Part shown: positions 27,201-42,200 of the stretch, piece after piece | Layout of the letters: each line of letters begins with the position of its first letter | How positions within the stretch are numbered: the first letter of the stretch is position 1 | DNA from: Podarcis liolepis | Taxonomy: Eukaryota | Length of the DNA stretch: 64,000 nt | Direction: 5' to 3' (one strand) | NCBI GenBank assembly: GCA_965112155.1 | Contig: OZ218107.1 | Made by a program: the position numbers and the translations under genes | The notes under the pieces: generated by a model | The model's database searches: none | Seen by the model: the letters and a program-made list of their open reading frames with translations, nothing else | What the model was told of the DNA's origin: nothing

Positions 27201-30200
27201 GGGTAAAAGGCACTTACCAAGAAGGGCCGGTGGCAAGAGGGAGGGGAGGGAGAGGTGCTTAATCCTCCCATACTGGGTGATTTATTTTCACAAAGTTTCT
27301 TGGTTTTCTCTCTGTTGAGTTTATTTCCAGTTTCATGGCCTGGCTGGGGAGATACAAATTTTAAATAGCCAGTTGGGGTGTGTGTGTGGATTTGTAGGGT
27401 AGAACTGGTGGATAGAGAACTAGATACTAAATACTACTGTTCCCCAACCCCACTGATTTTCTCCTTCAGGTGCCTCCATTTCCCACTTTGGTGTTGCTAT
27501 GGAAACCATTGTTTCTCTTGTAACCTCTAGTTCCGTCCTTAGATCCCTACGCTCAAGAACAGGTTCTGTGGGTGTGTTAATATTATAATATGTATCATTA
27601 TAATAAATAGTGAAACCGCACTTTTTTTTCTTTTTAAATAGCATGACATTTCCCATTATTAAAGTGAAAAAATATAATGTGAGCCTTTGTGGTACAAAGG
27701 TTGTAACAGATTGTACATATGAGAACTAAGTTCTGTCATAGCTTTCAGTTAACAGTTTTCTAGCTGTTAAGGGGATCTAAGCTGTGTCCGTATGTAGAGT
27801 TATATGGATTTCACATACAGCGTGAGAAATTGAGAGTGAGATGCATGAAGAGTATCCAAAGCAGAATATCTTATTGCGGAATGCTGGCACTTTCTCACTT
27901 CTATACTGGAAAAGCAGGCAGGAGGGAAAGGAGTCTAACAGGATGTGTGTGACCTTCTGTGTGAGCTCAGAGGATGAGGATTCCCCATCAGGTCAGGGAG
28001 GGATGTATTAGTGGTTTGTGTTCTGTTAATGGGTCAGTACATTTGGTATCTAGTAATGAAAAGCAGGAGATCCAAAAGAATATGAATAGGATGATGGTGG
28101 GCCCTTCTTTTACACATATGCATACTCTCTCTCTTTGCCATTTTGGGAGACAGTAATTGTGTGAAAAGCAGGGTAAGAATATAGTAAATTAAATTAATAT
28201 ATTTTTATTGTATAGCTTAAACCTGACAGTTGCCAGATTTAAACGGAATTTTTTTTTTAAAAAAAAGTCTGTTATATGGTACAAATAGTTGGATCCAAGT
28301 CATTTCTGTTTTGTTAGTCAATGAGATTAAATAGTTTGAAATCTTAAGAATTTTCTTGATCCCCCCCCCAACAAGCTTTTAGATTTCTTGCTATATTTCA
28401 TTTCGTGAATTCAGGCAAAATGATGGCTTAAAAAAACAACCTTGGATCTCAGCTATAGAATATCTGTTGGTTTTTTTAATGACTCATCAAAGGAAGGAGA
28501 AATTGACTTGAAAGGGGATTTTTTGAATTAAAAATGTTGTATAAAGTTAGACATTCCGAATGGAAAGCAGGCAAAACTGACCACCTAACTAATTTGCATG
28601 ATGAGCAAGTGAAGCAGTCAAATGCTTGCAAAATTTTGAATGAAATTTAATTTTAAGCGTAAATTCTGTTTCAGTTGTTTCTATCAAAAGAGTTAGCCTG
28701 TGGTTTCTGAAGATAACATTTTTACTTATATTTATTGAGTATTGTTGTTGTGTAGTGTTGAGCAAATACCACAGCTTGTATTTAAACATGTTGAAAACAT
28801 GTTAAACTATTTAATGAAAAAAGTGACCCCCTTTCTCTGGAGTTGTTAATTATGTTAAAAAGCAAAGTCATCAATAAACACTTTACACTTTTTTGATACT
28901 TGTTACTCTGTGCTAAATTCTGGAAATTGCTGACGGAAGTTCTGACTCCTGTATCAGAAATTATTTTGGCAAGGGTCTATTTGGTGGTATTGCTTAAATG
29001 ATATGAGTTAGTGCCTGCCTTCTAAAATGTACCCTAATACTGCATTCAGAAGCAGTGCTTTTTCTTTCAGAGCCATTTATGTGAGTTCTTGCCGGCTAAT
29101 GCTATTTAATCCACAATAAAAAGTACTGAAAATAAATGGGTTTCCATTTAATGGAAATTCCTTCTCTGATTGTCAGTAGTACTCTTAATTTTCTTGAGTG
29201 AATTTTAGAAGTATACTCATAATTGTTCTGTGTGCAATAAAATAGAGCTTGAATGATTAGGCAGCCAAGGAATTTCTTGAATAACTCCTCCATTCTGATG
29301 TACTTTGTCATGACAGTTGTCTGATGCCTGCAAAACAATGAAGAGTAACAGCTTGTCTCGGGGCATGCTGACTGAAATATGACATGTTATTGATGGAGGA
29401 ATGGTAGCAGCTTGGATTGAATTCATAAACATCTCTTAGCTTGGTTACAAAGTTCAACAGCCTCTGGCATCTCTCCTTGTTCAAAATATGCACATGGCAC
29501 TTGATCTTTGTGAGTCTTGCATGCTGCTAATCTGAATGTGAAGGGAAAAGACTTTCTGCAACGTTCTTATTCCCGTCATCCTTCTGAATGAAAATAATCA
29601 TTACACAGAGCATCTAACTCATGAAGGCAGAAGGTCCACAGCGACGTAGGTTTTCTTCATGTGCTGGAGTTTCGCTGCCTCCACGGGCTGATGGTCGGAA
29701 ACTTGTCCGGAATGCTTCATTCGGAGGATACAATGCACTTTCACCAGTCTTCCGAGGTTTGTTTTGTCTCACTTTTTAATGTTCTCATGAAAATATTTCT
29801 TGTAAAAGCTTCTACAAATACTAATTTTTTTTAAAAAAAGCAATTTTCTAAGCTGAAAAAGCACCTGGATTCACGTTGAATAAAATAAAATGAGATTTGG
29901 AAATAATGATTCATGGTTGGCATGTGTTCTCGGGCAGCGCTTTCTTTAAGTTCAGCATTAAGAACAGAGTGCTTCATTGTCAATTGCGTGTGATTGTACA
30001 TGATGATGATGATATTATATAATGAGAATGATACTTGACTGAATATGGGTGGTGTTTTTCTTACCTGCAATTTAAGAGAATTTTCAACATACTGGAATCT
30101 ACAACCAAATGATTTTCAAGTTACCGGAACATGGCTTCTAATTAGGTGCAGGTCCTTTTGAAATCTGGAGTAGACAACATAGCAGGACTTTTGACTGTTA

Positions 30201-33200
30201 GAAGTAATCTTAAAATGTAAAATTTGAGGCCATGTTAATCAGTGTTGTGTGCTTTAATCCTTACATTCCTTAATAATAACTTGGAAATACTCATGTTGTA
30301 TATCTAGTTTGCATTGGTTCTAATGGACTTGATCAGTCTTGAAAATGCACAATTGCAAGGTTACTGTAAATGTGTGAGTTAGTACTACTGTAAAAATTGA
30401 TTTATTTAAGACAATTGCAAACTTCAAGCTAATTTGATTTTAATGTACCTATTAGTTGTCTACCTCTTCTTTTGTAGTTAGTAGTTTCAACACAAACATG
30501 ATGTGAATCCCCTGGAAACTAGAAATAACGCTCCCTCTTTTCATGTTTTTTTGTGTAAGTAATAAACGTTTATACAACAAAACAAAGGACAAGTAGATTT
30601 GCTGTACTTGAATAACTGCAGCTTCAGTCACTTATTGCAGAGTTCTGAATGTAACCACAACATCGCATGTTTCCTTTTCATAGTTTGGTTTTCAGGATAT
30701 CTAAACCAAGCCAGTAAGTTGCATAACAACTCTTGTAAGGAAGTATGTTGTTATTTTTACTGAGTTTTTGCCATATCTTACTAAAAGTCCAGTTTGGCAT
30801 TTAGAGTGGTTTAATACTCACAGATGACAAAGTGAGATGTATGTGTGCTAGTTCTCAAATTCAAGACAGTGTAGTTAACTTAGGTACTGCAAACTTACCT
30901 TAATTATAGCCTTTTACATGAATTATCTGGGCGAGGGAAACACAATATCTGTCATTATGTACTTCATGCTGTTGAATATGTCAGTAGTTGGCATTTGATT
31001 CACATTCCTTCTTTCTTTTTTAAAACCAGTTTATGTGCGTGTAACTTGCTCACTGACTTTGTATGAAGAGTAGAGCACCCTAGACATTAATTGTGGTGTC
31101 ATGAGCCCCATTCTCTAGACATATCACAAGGTACATGAATGCTTGGAGCAGTAAGATGTTGCGCACTGGCCCTTGCCCCTTGGCCACACAAATGTCCAAA
31201 GAAAGGCTGTGCATGTAGAAGTTGCTGCCAAATCTCAGTTAATCCCAAATTGTTCTAGGGAGTTTACCAGGAAGATAACATTTGAAATTCCTGAGGAATT
31301 TCTGATTAAGATAAGTGAATTCACTTGCCGCTTTGAAGAATGTAGTTACTCCAATCTGCCTTTATTAACGCAATGAGTTGAAACGGCTTGTTAGCACTAC
31401 TCTCCTTACTTGGCTTTGCACAAGCTCTGCTTCATTCTGTTTTATGCTCCATTGATTAGTTCACATCCCTGGATGTGTGTGGTGGTATGGTGTGAATATG
31501 ATAATGCCTAATCCTAGTGGCTTACTCGATCATGAATTTATTATTAGATTCCACTTCCATCTTATTTTTCTGATGCCTGATGAGAAGGCTTTGCATTGTT
31601 GGAACTGCTGTAACCTGGGGATGGGCTGGCAAGCCAGTTCTCCTATGGACTGAAACTCTCTGTGCTTATCTATATTGTGCTACGTGCTACTAGTACTGTA
31701 GTTGGATATTTTCATATAACTGAGTAACTGAGGTACCTCTGAATGCCTGGAAGGTAAAATACAAATGTATTAAATTGGGACAGGGTTGATAACTACCATT
31801 CATGCTTTGAACTTTGTAGGTTGGGAACATAACCACTTTTGGACCCTAGGTCTCACACAACATGGCTTTAATATTAAACAAAAAAAATCCTAGTTGTAGA
31901 GGAATTACAGAAACATTTGGTGAACAAATGGTGACATATACACCATGTCCCTAAGTATATTTGGTCAGTTTTAATAGCTTTGTCTTATTTAGGATTAATG
32001 GCAAATGGGATACACTGATTTTTTGCAACCATTTCAATTTCTCTTCAAGGTTTTGACAGAGGGAAGGATGATGCCTCACAAAGTAAAGATGATTCTACGC
32101 AATCAATGTCAAAAAGCAAGGTGAGCACCTTAACCTTCAGACGGCATAGTTCAGTTTGATGCATCTAAGTGAGCTTGGATACGTAGTTGCAATTAATTTA
32201 ATCTTTTCCCTACCTATCTCATTTGTGGCTTAGTGTAAATAGTAAGGTGAATTATGTTTATGTGTAATCTTTGGTTATAGCACAAAAGCAGGCACTGATA
32301 TTTGTTTTTAAAGCCAGTTTGTGAAAAAAAGTGAGGGCTGCTCAGGAGATGCAGTGGGCCTTTGGTGAATTTTATTAGCTACTCGGTTAAGTATGAGGCA
32401 TATTATTTTAGATGAACTAGCCATAGCTGGCAATAGGCATTGGAGCCTCCAGTGACAAGGCAGAATCCACAAGTAAACCTGCAATTTATGTGCATTTCAC
32501 TTGTGCTCATTCAGCTTTACATGCATGTCAATTAAAAAATAGAAAGGGGGTGGGGTTCTGGGGAAAATGACTTTGGCAATCCTCTCTGCCGTTGAATCCA
32601 ATGAATTTTGACTATACATGATTTTGGTTTTAGGCGCAATCCCCAGAACATAGCCCCCAGGTAAGTTGCGGGTTCTACTGTACTACTACATGCTATATGT
32701 TTTATGGTGAGTGCAACTCACACTTGAACAAGATACAAACTACCAAGCCATAGAACCCTTCTCAGGGTTCAGGCTTGGTTTTTGGCTCCCATCCAGACCA
32801 CCCACTCGTCCCGTCCCCCCAGGCACAAGTTCAGCTTCTGAACAGCTTCATCTGCTTCTGTTGGAAAAGATATAGAGCAGAGTGCCTTGATGATGACTCA
32901 TCCTTTGATGATGGCACGCAATGACTTCACTTAGGTGTTAAACAGCATGGAAGACAGAATTGATCCCCACAATATAATTCCCATGGGAACAAACAGAAAT
33001 CTCCCAGAGCGGTTCTCTAAACTTGGGCCATCAAATAGGGACAGAACCACAGTAATACACTGCCTCCAACTTCTGTTGAATGGAGCCAGTCCATGAGGAT
33101 ACCATGGTCAATGGTATGAAAAGCCATTGAGAGCTCAAGGAGAATCAACAAGGTTGGAGTTCCTCTCCTCATACAAATAAAAAGCCAAGGTGACCAAAGC

Positions 33201-36200
33201 TTTCACTGTGCCAAATCCAGGTTAAGAAAGTATGTACTTTCGTATGTGTACATGTGACTCAGCTTGGTGGATTAGAGCTTTTGTCTCATTTTCTTGAGAT
33301 TGGTGGGTGTTTAGTGTGTGCTCTCTCTCTCTCTCTTTCCCTCCCTCCCTCCCTTCCTCTGTCTGTCTCTGAAAACTTAGTAAAATAGTTTTTTTTGGGG
33401 GGGGGTAGCCTTAATTTTAGCCAGCAGATTTGGCTGGTTCCTGGGCATCTCAGTATTAAACAATTTGTGTCAATAAAACGTGTTTTGCTATACAGGGTAA
33501 CAAATGCCTTTTAACTCATCCAAAGTTTATTTTTAGTCAGTACAAGATGCTGAGACGTTCCTAATGAGTTAACTTGGTTATATTATCAACCAATGTTGAG
33601 TGATGATAGACTGCTAGAATAGCTCTGCAACTCTGCAGGGTTCATCTGTCATTCTCAACCAGTCCCGTTTCCCCCCCCCCCCGCCAAGCTATTGGGTGGC
33701 ACATGCAGAGAAACCATTTTTAGAACTTTCAAGGCAGGATAAATAAAAGCCATGTGATGCCACAGCAGCATGTTTAATAAAGAAATATTTTCAGTAGTAA
33801 AGGCACTTAAGTGAGGTGAAGTTAGGGATCTCTAGAATTAGGGTGTTTTGGGGAAAGCAGGCTGTAATAATGTATTTGAATAACACCGATATAACAGATT
33901 CAGGGAGCATATCTTAGTCTGGAGAAATTCCATGTTTTCCTTGAGGGGCCAGGGGGTAAGTAAGTGCATAGGTGGCACTGGACAAGAAAAGCTATTTGTG
34001 TTTGCATGTGTAAAGCTCAGTGGACAATGCCAAGTTTTTGACTCCTTTCTTCAAACTGGGTTATTGTTAAATGATATGACAGAAGAAGCCAACGTTTTGA
34101 AGTACCACACGAAGGATTCATTTACAAGCTCTTTCTATGCCTTGATTAAATGAAGCGACATAAAGGGAGCAAGCAGCAATCTGAAAAACTTGTGGCTTCT
34201 ATGTTTCGCTTGAAGTTTGACTGAACAGCAACTGCTCTAATCCTTCATTAATTATTTCCTTGTGTTATGTATATTTTCAGTCAGAGTCTAAGCTTTATAA
34301 TGGCTCTGAGAAGGACATCACTGCCTCCTCCCCCAGCTCCTCTACTACCAAGCTCACAAAGAAGGAGTCTCTTAAGGTGAGTTGCTTTCCAGAATAGAAA
34401 ACCTACCATCTCCAGCCTTTTGGCTATGGAATACGACACCTTTCAGTGGCCTCAGAAGATAAATGTGAGAGACACAATAACTTTAAAGAAATGATAGAAC
34501 ATTCCAAGATGTGCTGCTGTTACTTCAACCAATGTCGTAATTTTCTCCAGAATTCATTGTGTTTTTCTAGCCCCAACATAGCTCTCTAGTTCTAGAGTGT
34601 GGGAGAGGACACAAAAGAAACTAAATTACTTTTTGCCCTCTGCAGGTCTGGTTCTCATTGAGTTTGTAAGCCTGTTTATGGGCTCACTTTCATGCAGGTA
34701 TTATTCAACCTTATTAACTCCCACCTGTGGTCTAAAATGGTATAGCCCAGACATGACTTCACCACCTTTGTAAAAACTAGGCTACAGATAAAGTATATAT
34801 GGTGTGCTGGTTGTTACTGCTAGGGATGCACAGAAGCTGTCCACCACTTTGAACGTGGCATGACTTGTTTCTGCTGGAAATATTAAATGTGTTACCAGCC
34901 CATTACTACTTTGCTGAGTGAAAAGCGTTCCATGGGTTCTTCCACCCCACTGCCTCTCATATTATTTTATTTATTTATTATATAACATATTTATATCCTG
35001 CCAAGTTGAAATTCAAGGCGGCTTACAACATTTAAAAACACCAGTCATGGTATAAAGAATAATAAAAACAAACTGCTTAAAAAACAATACTTAAAATGCA
35101 CCACTATATATCTACAACCAGCAATTAAAATTTGAACTGGCAGCAGCAGCCCAGTCATTAGCATCGTCCGCATCTTAGTTTCCAAATGCATAAAGCCTTT
35201 ACTGCAAAAGTAAATTGTTGCTTCCTTGCCTGTACAGAAACAGGAGCCAAGCCAAGCCACACTGATCGTATCAGGAAGAAGAAACTTTGTTTGCTGATTC
35301 TCTGTCCACAGCACTGCTGAGGACCAAAGATTCCAATAAGCAAGCAAATAAGATCCACGAGGCTCTTGCTAGGCAGAGTAGAGACTCTAATGTCGTGCTT
35401 AGCCTGATAATATGCTGGGTGTCTATTCTGCCATGTGGATTTTATGAGGGGGAAAGAAACATTGTTTGCTTATCAGATCAGCCAGGAAGCTGGGTCTCTA
35501 TTCTGCCTAGCAAGAGGTGAGGTGTGTGCCTTAAACCAACCTGCATAACAAAAGCAAGAGCAAATCCACATGGATATTTTGCTGATCAGAATCTCCCTGC
35601 CTTGGCAGGGAAGCTTATTGCTATTCTGGGTCTGTCTTACGCCTTACAGATTGTGCAGGCAGAAAGCAGCTTTTACTTCAAAGTAAAGCCTTTTACTCTG
35701 CAACACCAGCTGGGAGGTGGCATGGGCTTATGCCTTGCAGATTGGGCAGGCAAAAAACCTGGCCATTTACTTTGCAGTAAAGTGTTGCTTCCTGCCTGCA
35801 AGCTGGGCAGTGCATTCTCAATATATTACAGGATAAAAAAATATGAAACATTTATTGCGGTCTGGAGTTCATAGCAGTAAGAGACAAAATATCAATATAT
35901 CATAACCCACCCCTACTTCAAGTCTCCAGATGTTGCTGAACTCCCATCATCCCTGACCACTGGCCATGCTGGCTGGGGCTGATGGGGGCTGTAGAGTTAA
36001 TATCTGAAGGGTCTCAGGTTCCCCATTCCTGCTTTATATGAAATTAGTTTGAAGGCAATATTATGTAATGCCACTTCTTCTGATAGATAAACAGCTGTCC
36101 TAAAACTGTTTCGTTTCGTTTTCTTCATACTACTGTGGATTGAACTAAGCATGTTGCAGTTTGTTTTGACCTTTGCACTTATGGCTCCACGACTTCCATT

Positions 36201-39200
36201 TTCTTAAATTTCTTACCCTCTGAATTTATTGTTCGTTCATTATTTACAGGTTCAAAAGAAAAATTACAGGGAAGAGAAGAAAAGAGCCACAAAAGAACTA
36301 CTTAGCACAATCACAGACCCATCAGTCATTGTTATGGCTGACTGGCTGAAGGTCAGGAATTATGTGTAATATTGAGTGAAAGTTGTAGCTGTTGTTTATT
36401 TGTCAGAATGTAAAAGAATTCAGATCCTAGTTGGTTGCTGATTGATGTTTACCACTAGGATTAATTATATCCCAGAGGCTCAGTACTTGATGCATAGGGA
36501 ACCAATGGGGATACCTTGCCACTGCTTTACAGTGGTTGCCATGGCTACATCTGTCTGCAGTGACTAATTGAATTGGTGATCACTTTATATTCAATACAAT
36601 GTGAATTATGAGTGATTCCACTGGAAACAGGAAACTGTTACTTTAAAACAGATTCCTTCTTGCAGACTCACCAAGCCACATTTCATACATGATAGCATAA
36701 AGCTCTGGGAGTTTCAAATGTGTGAATTTCAATGATGATATGAATAGCTCCAGGAAGAGGACGTAAAAGTAGCACGGGTATCAAATAATCTAAGCTGCTT
36801 AATGTCAGTGTGTTTCTTGCACGTCACAGGAGAATTAAATTACTTCTGCTGATCAATAAATTATTCCACCTGAACTTGTTGTTTGTACCTTGTTTTCCTG
36901 TATTGGCTAAAGTGTAAGGGCTGTTAACATACTACTTTTTTTCATTGGTTGATTACATTTGTATCCTGCTGTTCTCAAAGGCAATGTTTTATCCTCACAA
37001 ACCCATGAAAGTTAAATTAGGTTGAGAGAGAGTGATTTGTTCAAGGCTACAAAGTGATCTTCGTTTCTGATTAGGGATTTGAACTTGCATTTCATATTTC
37101 AAGTACATTCCCTAACCGGTAGGCTCTACTGGTGTCCGTTGAGACATATTCTGCAGGCATGGGAATCATCCCAAGTTTCTGTATTTATTTACATATGTAA
37201 AATAACTTCTGACATAGTAAATTGGTTTTCATTTTAAAGGAATACTGTCTGCAGTTGATATCCTTTGGTAATTTGATTTACTAGTTACGCTCAATTAACA
37301 GTATACAAACATTAAGATGTGTTGTGCCTATAAGTATTTGCGTGAGATTTGAATAACTCTTATTCATTTTTGCAATTCTGAACTGGTTGTGTATATTGTA
37401 AGAAGGGTCTTACTGCTTGGCCAGGAGGGATTGGGACTGAAATGTACTTAAAATGTACTTAAAATTAAAAGCCTCTCTTTTTTCTGTTAAGATTCGAGGT
37501 ACACTGAAAAGCTGGACCAAACTTTGGTGTGTGTTGAAACCTGGAGTACTGCTTATTTACAAAACTCCCAAAAATGGCCAGTGGGTGGGAACAGTACTTC
37601 TGAACGCTTGTGAACTCATTGAGCGGCCTTCAAAAAAGGATGGATTTTGTTTCAAACTTTTCCATCCTTTGGAGCAATCCATCTGGGCTGTTAAGGTAAG
37701 TGAATATGTATTCTTAATGCAGGTGGCGTTGAATAGAACATTACACCAATGACACATTAAACCTATCTGCACTGTTAAATATTAATGCTCTCAGTGTGCT
37801 TTCAGTTGTCAGCTCAGCTATCCCTTTGCTAAATTTGCTTGATTTCCTGACATCCCAAAGCCCTGAGCAGTGTGGTTGCATTGGAGAAGTATTGGCCCTC
37901 TGCATAATCCTGTGTGGTCTTTATTGTGAAAGCAGCCACTAATCATAATCTTTGCCCATATAAAATGTGCACAGTAATGCTGTGTAACAGCTCCTGAATC
38001 CCTAATGGTACCTATTTTATTATCTTGCAGGCATTAGGATAATATATTTTCATTCTCTCAGGCCTTTTAATGATTTGTGCTTTAAAATTGTATTGGGAAG
38101 ATTCTCTTTTAAAACATCAAAAATTGCCACATTTTTACTTTGCTGTTTTAAGTTCCTATTTTAGCCTGTGTATTGTGAGAATTACGTTTGTTACTTTTTA
38201 TTGGTCTTATGTATATTTGTATTGTTTTGCTTAAAATTACATTGTAAACTTACTGGGATTACCAAGAGGTTATATAAGAGAGATTGGATCCAACAGGAGG
38301 ATAGAAGCTTGTACCTGGAGAGCACAAAGTGCCTCCATATCCCACCTAGAGTCCACTTAAAAATGGGTTAGCAGCAGAAATCAGCCCAGGATATTAGGAA
38401 CAAAGGCATCACCTGAATTACATGTACCTCCATCCCCAAGACAACCAAAAAGGGCCCAATACATTTGTGGATGCATCTCTTGTGAGAATCCATAATTACA
38501 CTTAATGATGTTTGGATCTCTTGATACACGAGGCAGTATAACTTCTATGCCTTTTGGCTCTGCTACTGAATATTCTGAATGCTAACCAGTAAACCCAACC
38601 AAAATGTTTGGGTGGTTGGCTGGGCAGCTCCCTTATGAGGAAAGGTTGACTTCTTCACACAGCGTATCATTAACTATGGAACTTGCTTCTACAGGATGAA
38701 GTGATGGTCATCAATTTAGATGGTTTTTAATGAAGATTAAATTAATTAATTAATTAATTAATTAATTAATTAATTGAGGAGAAGGCTGTCAGTAGCTACA
38801 TGATGGCTGTGTTCCACCTCCACTGCCAGACACAGCAGTTGTTGGGAGTCGCAGGTGGGGCAGCGTGCTCTTGTGCTCGGGTCCTGCTTGTGTGCTCCCC
38901 ACAGGTAGCTGGATTACCACTTTGAGAATAGGATACTAGATTAGACGGCCACTGACCTGATCCACAGACTCTTCTTATGTACTAAGTTGTAGCGTACTCT
39001 GTCCACCCCCTCTTGTTTATCTACACACATTTGGGAGTCCATGAGCTTCAAATGAGGATCATTCCAACTCTCCAGACCGAAATGTGTGATGCTTTTCTTG
39101 TAGCTGAGCTACCTTCCAATTTCTCAACAGTGATTGAAGAAAGGAAGCGTACAGATGGTGTTGGCTGTGCCTTTCTTCTTTGCCAGCTGCATGTTCTACT

Positions 39201-42200
39201 TAAATGTATTCTTGCTGTCATTTCTTTCTTGCTTCCCACCCCAACATGAATAATTCATGTTTTTAATGCCACCAATATTTTGGCCTCTACAATGTTTTTT
39301 TCTTAAAAAATAGTAATAATACAGGAGTGAGTGGGAGAAGCACCTGGAAATTTTTGTTCTAAAGACCTTTTAAGAAGAGGGGGATACAAAATAGGGGATA
39401 TTTTTAAAATTAATCTGAAGAGCAGATTCCGGTGAAGTATGACCATTGGTCACATAGAGTTATTGCAATAGCAATTGCTGATTGACAGAGAATCCTAGCT
39501 ATTTCATTAAAATTGTGCCTTCAAATTAATCTAAAACTTTTCCATCTATATTGTTTGTATTTTAAGGGTCCTAAAGGTGAAGCGGTTGGATCCATAACAC
39601 AACCATTACCCAGCAGCTACTTGATCATCCGAGCAGCTTCAGAATCAGATGGTAAATAAAAGCACATTCTGTAAATAACATTTTCTCCAAAGGGTAACAC
39701 AGTAAATCCTAATGTGATTGAACAGTTTCAGGAAATATTTTTTTACCAGCAACACCATGTGTAGCCCAGATGTTTTTTGTCCCCAGATTTTCTCAAAATA
39801 TTCACAGTAGGATAAATGTGGATTAAAAAATATGAAAACCAGAGTTTGGTAATACAAAGATAGTGCAATATAGGTACAGCTTCCCTGCAGAAGACTTCGG
39901 CCTTATAAGACTTATTAGGCACAGCTGGTCGAATGTACATGACTCATTGATTCTGTGGCTATATATTCAGACTCCCCCACCTGTGCAGTGAGACTTCCTC
40001 TTCTCCCACCTCTGCTCCATAGGGTATTTTTGCGGGGAGGGGAACCTTGAGAACAGATGGGAGAGGGGGTGTACAGAAAGAGAAGAGGGAGAGGAACGCC
40101 TTGTGCTAACGGGGGAATACTTTTTTTGGATACAGACCGAAGTTCAGTGCCTTTCCCACACCAGTATATCAGAAGCTACTGGTGCTGCAGTCCCAAGCAT
40201 ACATGAATAAAAACATGTCCTATTGAAGTAAATGAGACTTAACCAAAAATATGGTTCGAATCTGGCTATGTGTTGAAAGAGCACAGATAATCATTTCTGG
40301 TCTTAAGAGGTTAGATATAAAATCCCAGTTCTGCGCTTTAAAGGTACATCCATACGAAATGCAGATCTAGCATACTGTTCAAATGGTGAACTCAATAACA
40401 TGGGGTATTATACTAACCAAAAATATGTATTTTTAGGTAGGTGTTGGATGGATGCATTGGAGCTGGCTTTGAAGTGTTCAGGTTTGCTCAAGCGCACAAT
40501 GATTAGAGAAGGTAAAGAGCATGAAGTGACCTTAACAGATGGTGCACACGTGTCTTTCTATGGTCTGCTACGTGCAAACAACGTGCATAGTAGTGAAAGC
40601 TTCCCGTAAGTTGTTCAGATTTATAACCTTTATTGTGGTGGGGGTGGGGGTCATGAAGCCTGTTCCAAGGTTAAATTCTTACTGTCGTTTAAATAGTTTT
40701 CCAATGTTTTTCTTTTATTGGTTACTTTTTTCACTGTCTTGGCAAACCTGCTGCTTGCTATAATTACTGAAAATATCACTAGAATTTTTAAATAAGCACA
40801 CAAGAGGCACATGGTATGAAAATAATGGTATCTAAAAGTAACTTTTAGTTTCTTTATATATTCACATGTTAACCTGTTGAGTACAGATATGCTTAAGGAT
40901 GCAATTGTGTTCTTATATGTGCTAGTTTATGGTTGTGGAAGGACATAAGATGGAGGGAAGAGACGTTTTCATCCTTCCCTTTTTCTTTTACACCATCCAC
41001 CTCATAGACTTCTCGTAGGCTGGTGAAGACCTATGCTAGAGGGCAGTGTTTGAAACTCCCATTGTTCTGGGCACATTTTGTGACGGGGAAGTTCATTAAT
41101 GCTCAAGCAGTTTCTGAGCTCTGGGTGCAGTACTGCGCCTAAGATTTTGGATTAACACTGCAGAGTGAAAAGAAAGGAGGACCTTTTTCTGCCTCCCCAC
41201 TTCCAGCTACCCTCTGAAGACTGGAGAAGAGACCCTCTTAAGAATATTAGGGGCAGGGGAAGGTTACAAGACCATGTAAAAAATGAACAGAATATTTTAG
41301 CTGCAGTTCATTCATTTTCAGCTTTGTATTTTTAATTTTAAAAAATGTGCCTAGACATTCCGTTGTTGCACCCATAAGCTAGGTTTAAGGTGCTTCCATA
41401 TCTCAGTTTCTAACACTGCTAGAGGGTCCATGTAGACAAGGTAGATGGGCAAATGAATGACTTAAAAGCTGCCTCCGGCCCTGCACCCTTCATCAATGTT
41501 ACAATTCTTTTTTTGCTGTTCCCTGCAAACACAATAATGATTTCCTTAACCCCCCCCAAAAAAACACCAATTATCAATATAGAACTGACTTGTAGGGGGA
41601 CCTGGGAAATAGAATTTCCTGGCCATTTCCATCATACCTTGAGGCTATACAGGTAGCCCCCAGTTTACACAGGGGTTACGTACCGAGGCATCACACACGT
41701 TGGTGAAATCGTGTATATTTGAAAGCCATTGGAAAAGCCTGCAAACACCCCATTCTGCCCCCTGCCCTGCTTTTTTAGTGACATTTCAGTGATGTCTTTA
41801 TGACGTTTCCTGGTCACTTCCATATACACAGTTCCATATACACTTCCACATACACAGTTGGACACATATTGAACGTGCATAAATGGGGAGCTGCCTGTAA
41901 TCTTCTCCCTCCCAAAGACATTTAAATAGCTGAGTACCACCAGTTCTGGAATAGGGTTTGCACCTGTAGTAAACATTCATTATGATATGGAACTGGTTTG
42001 CTATTGTTTTGCCAGAAGTTATGAAACAGCTACAAATAGAAACTATTGCCACACACCTACTACTCCTCTTCAGCTCACTTGTTATGTTTCAGTCACTCAG
42101 TACAACTGCAGGAGCAACAAACTACAGGGCGGTGATTGGTTGAGTTAGCTGTGAGTCACAATGCTGGTACTTAACAGTGGCTTGAACTGCTAAAAGACCC

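Noticed and set aside
29071-29080. Possible 10-nt microexon (tttctttcag|agccatttat|gtgagt)
   Set aside because: It is frameshifting with no supporting evidence, and could at most be a UTR exon. It cannot be distinguished from chance.
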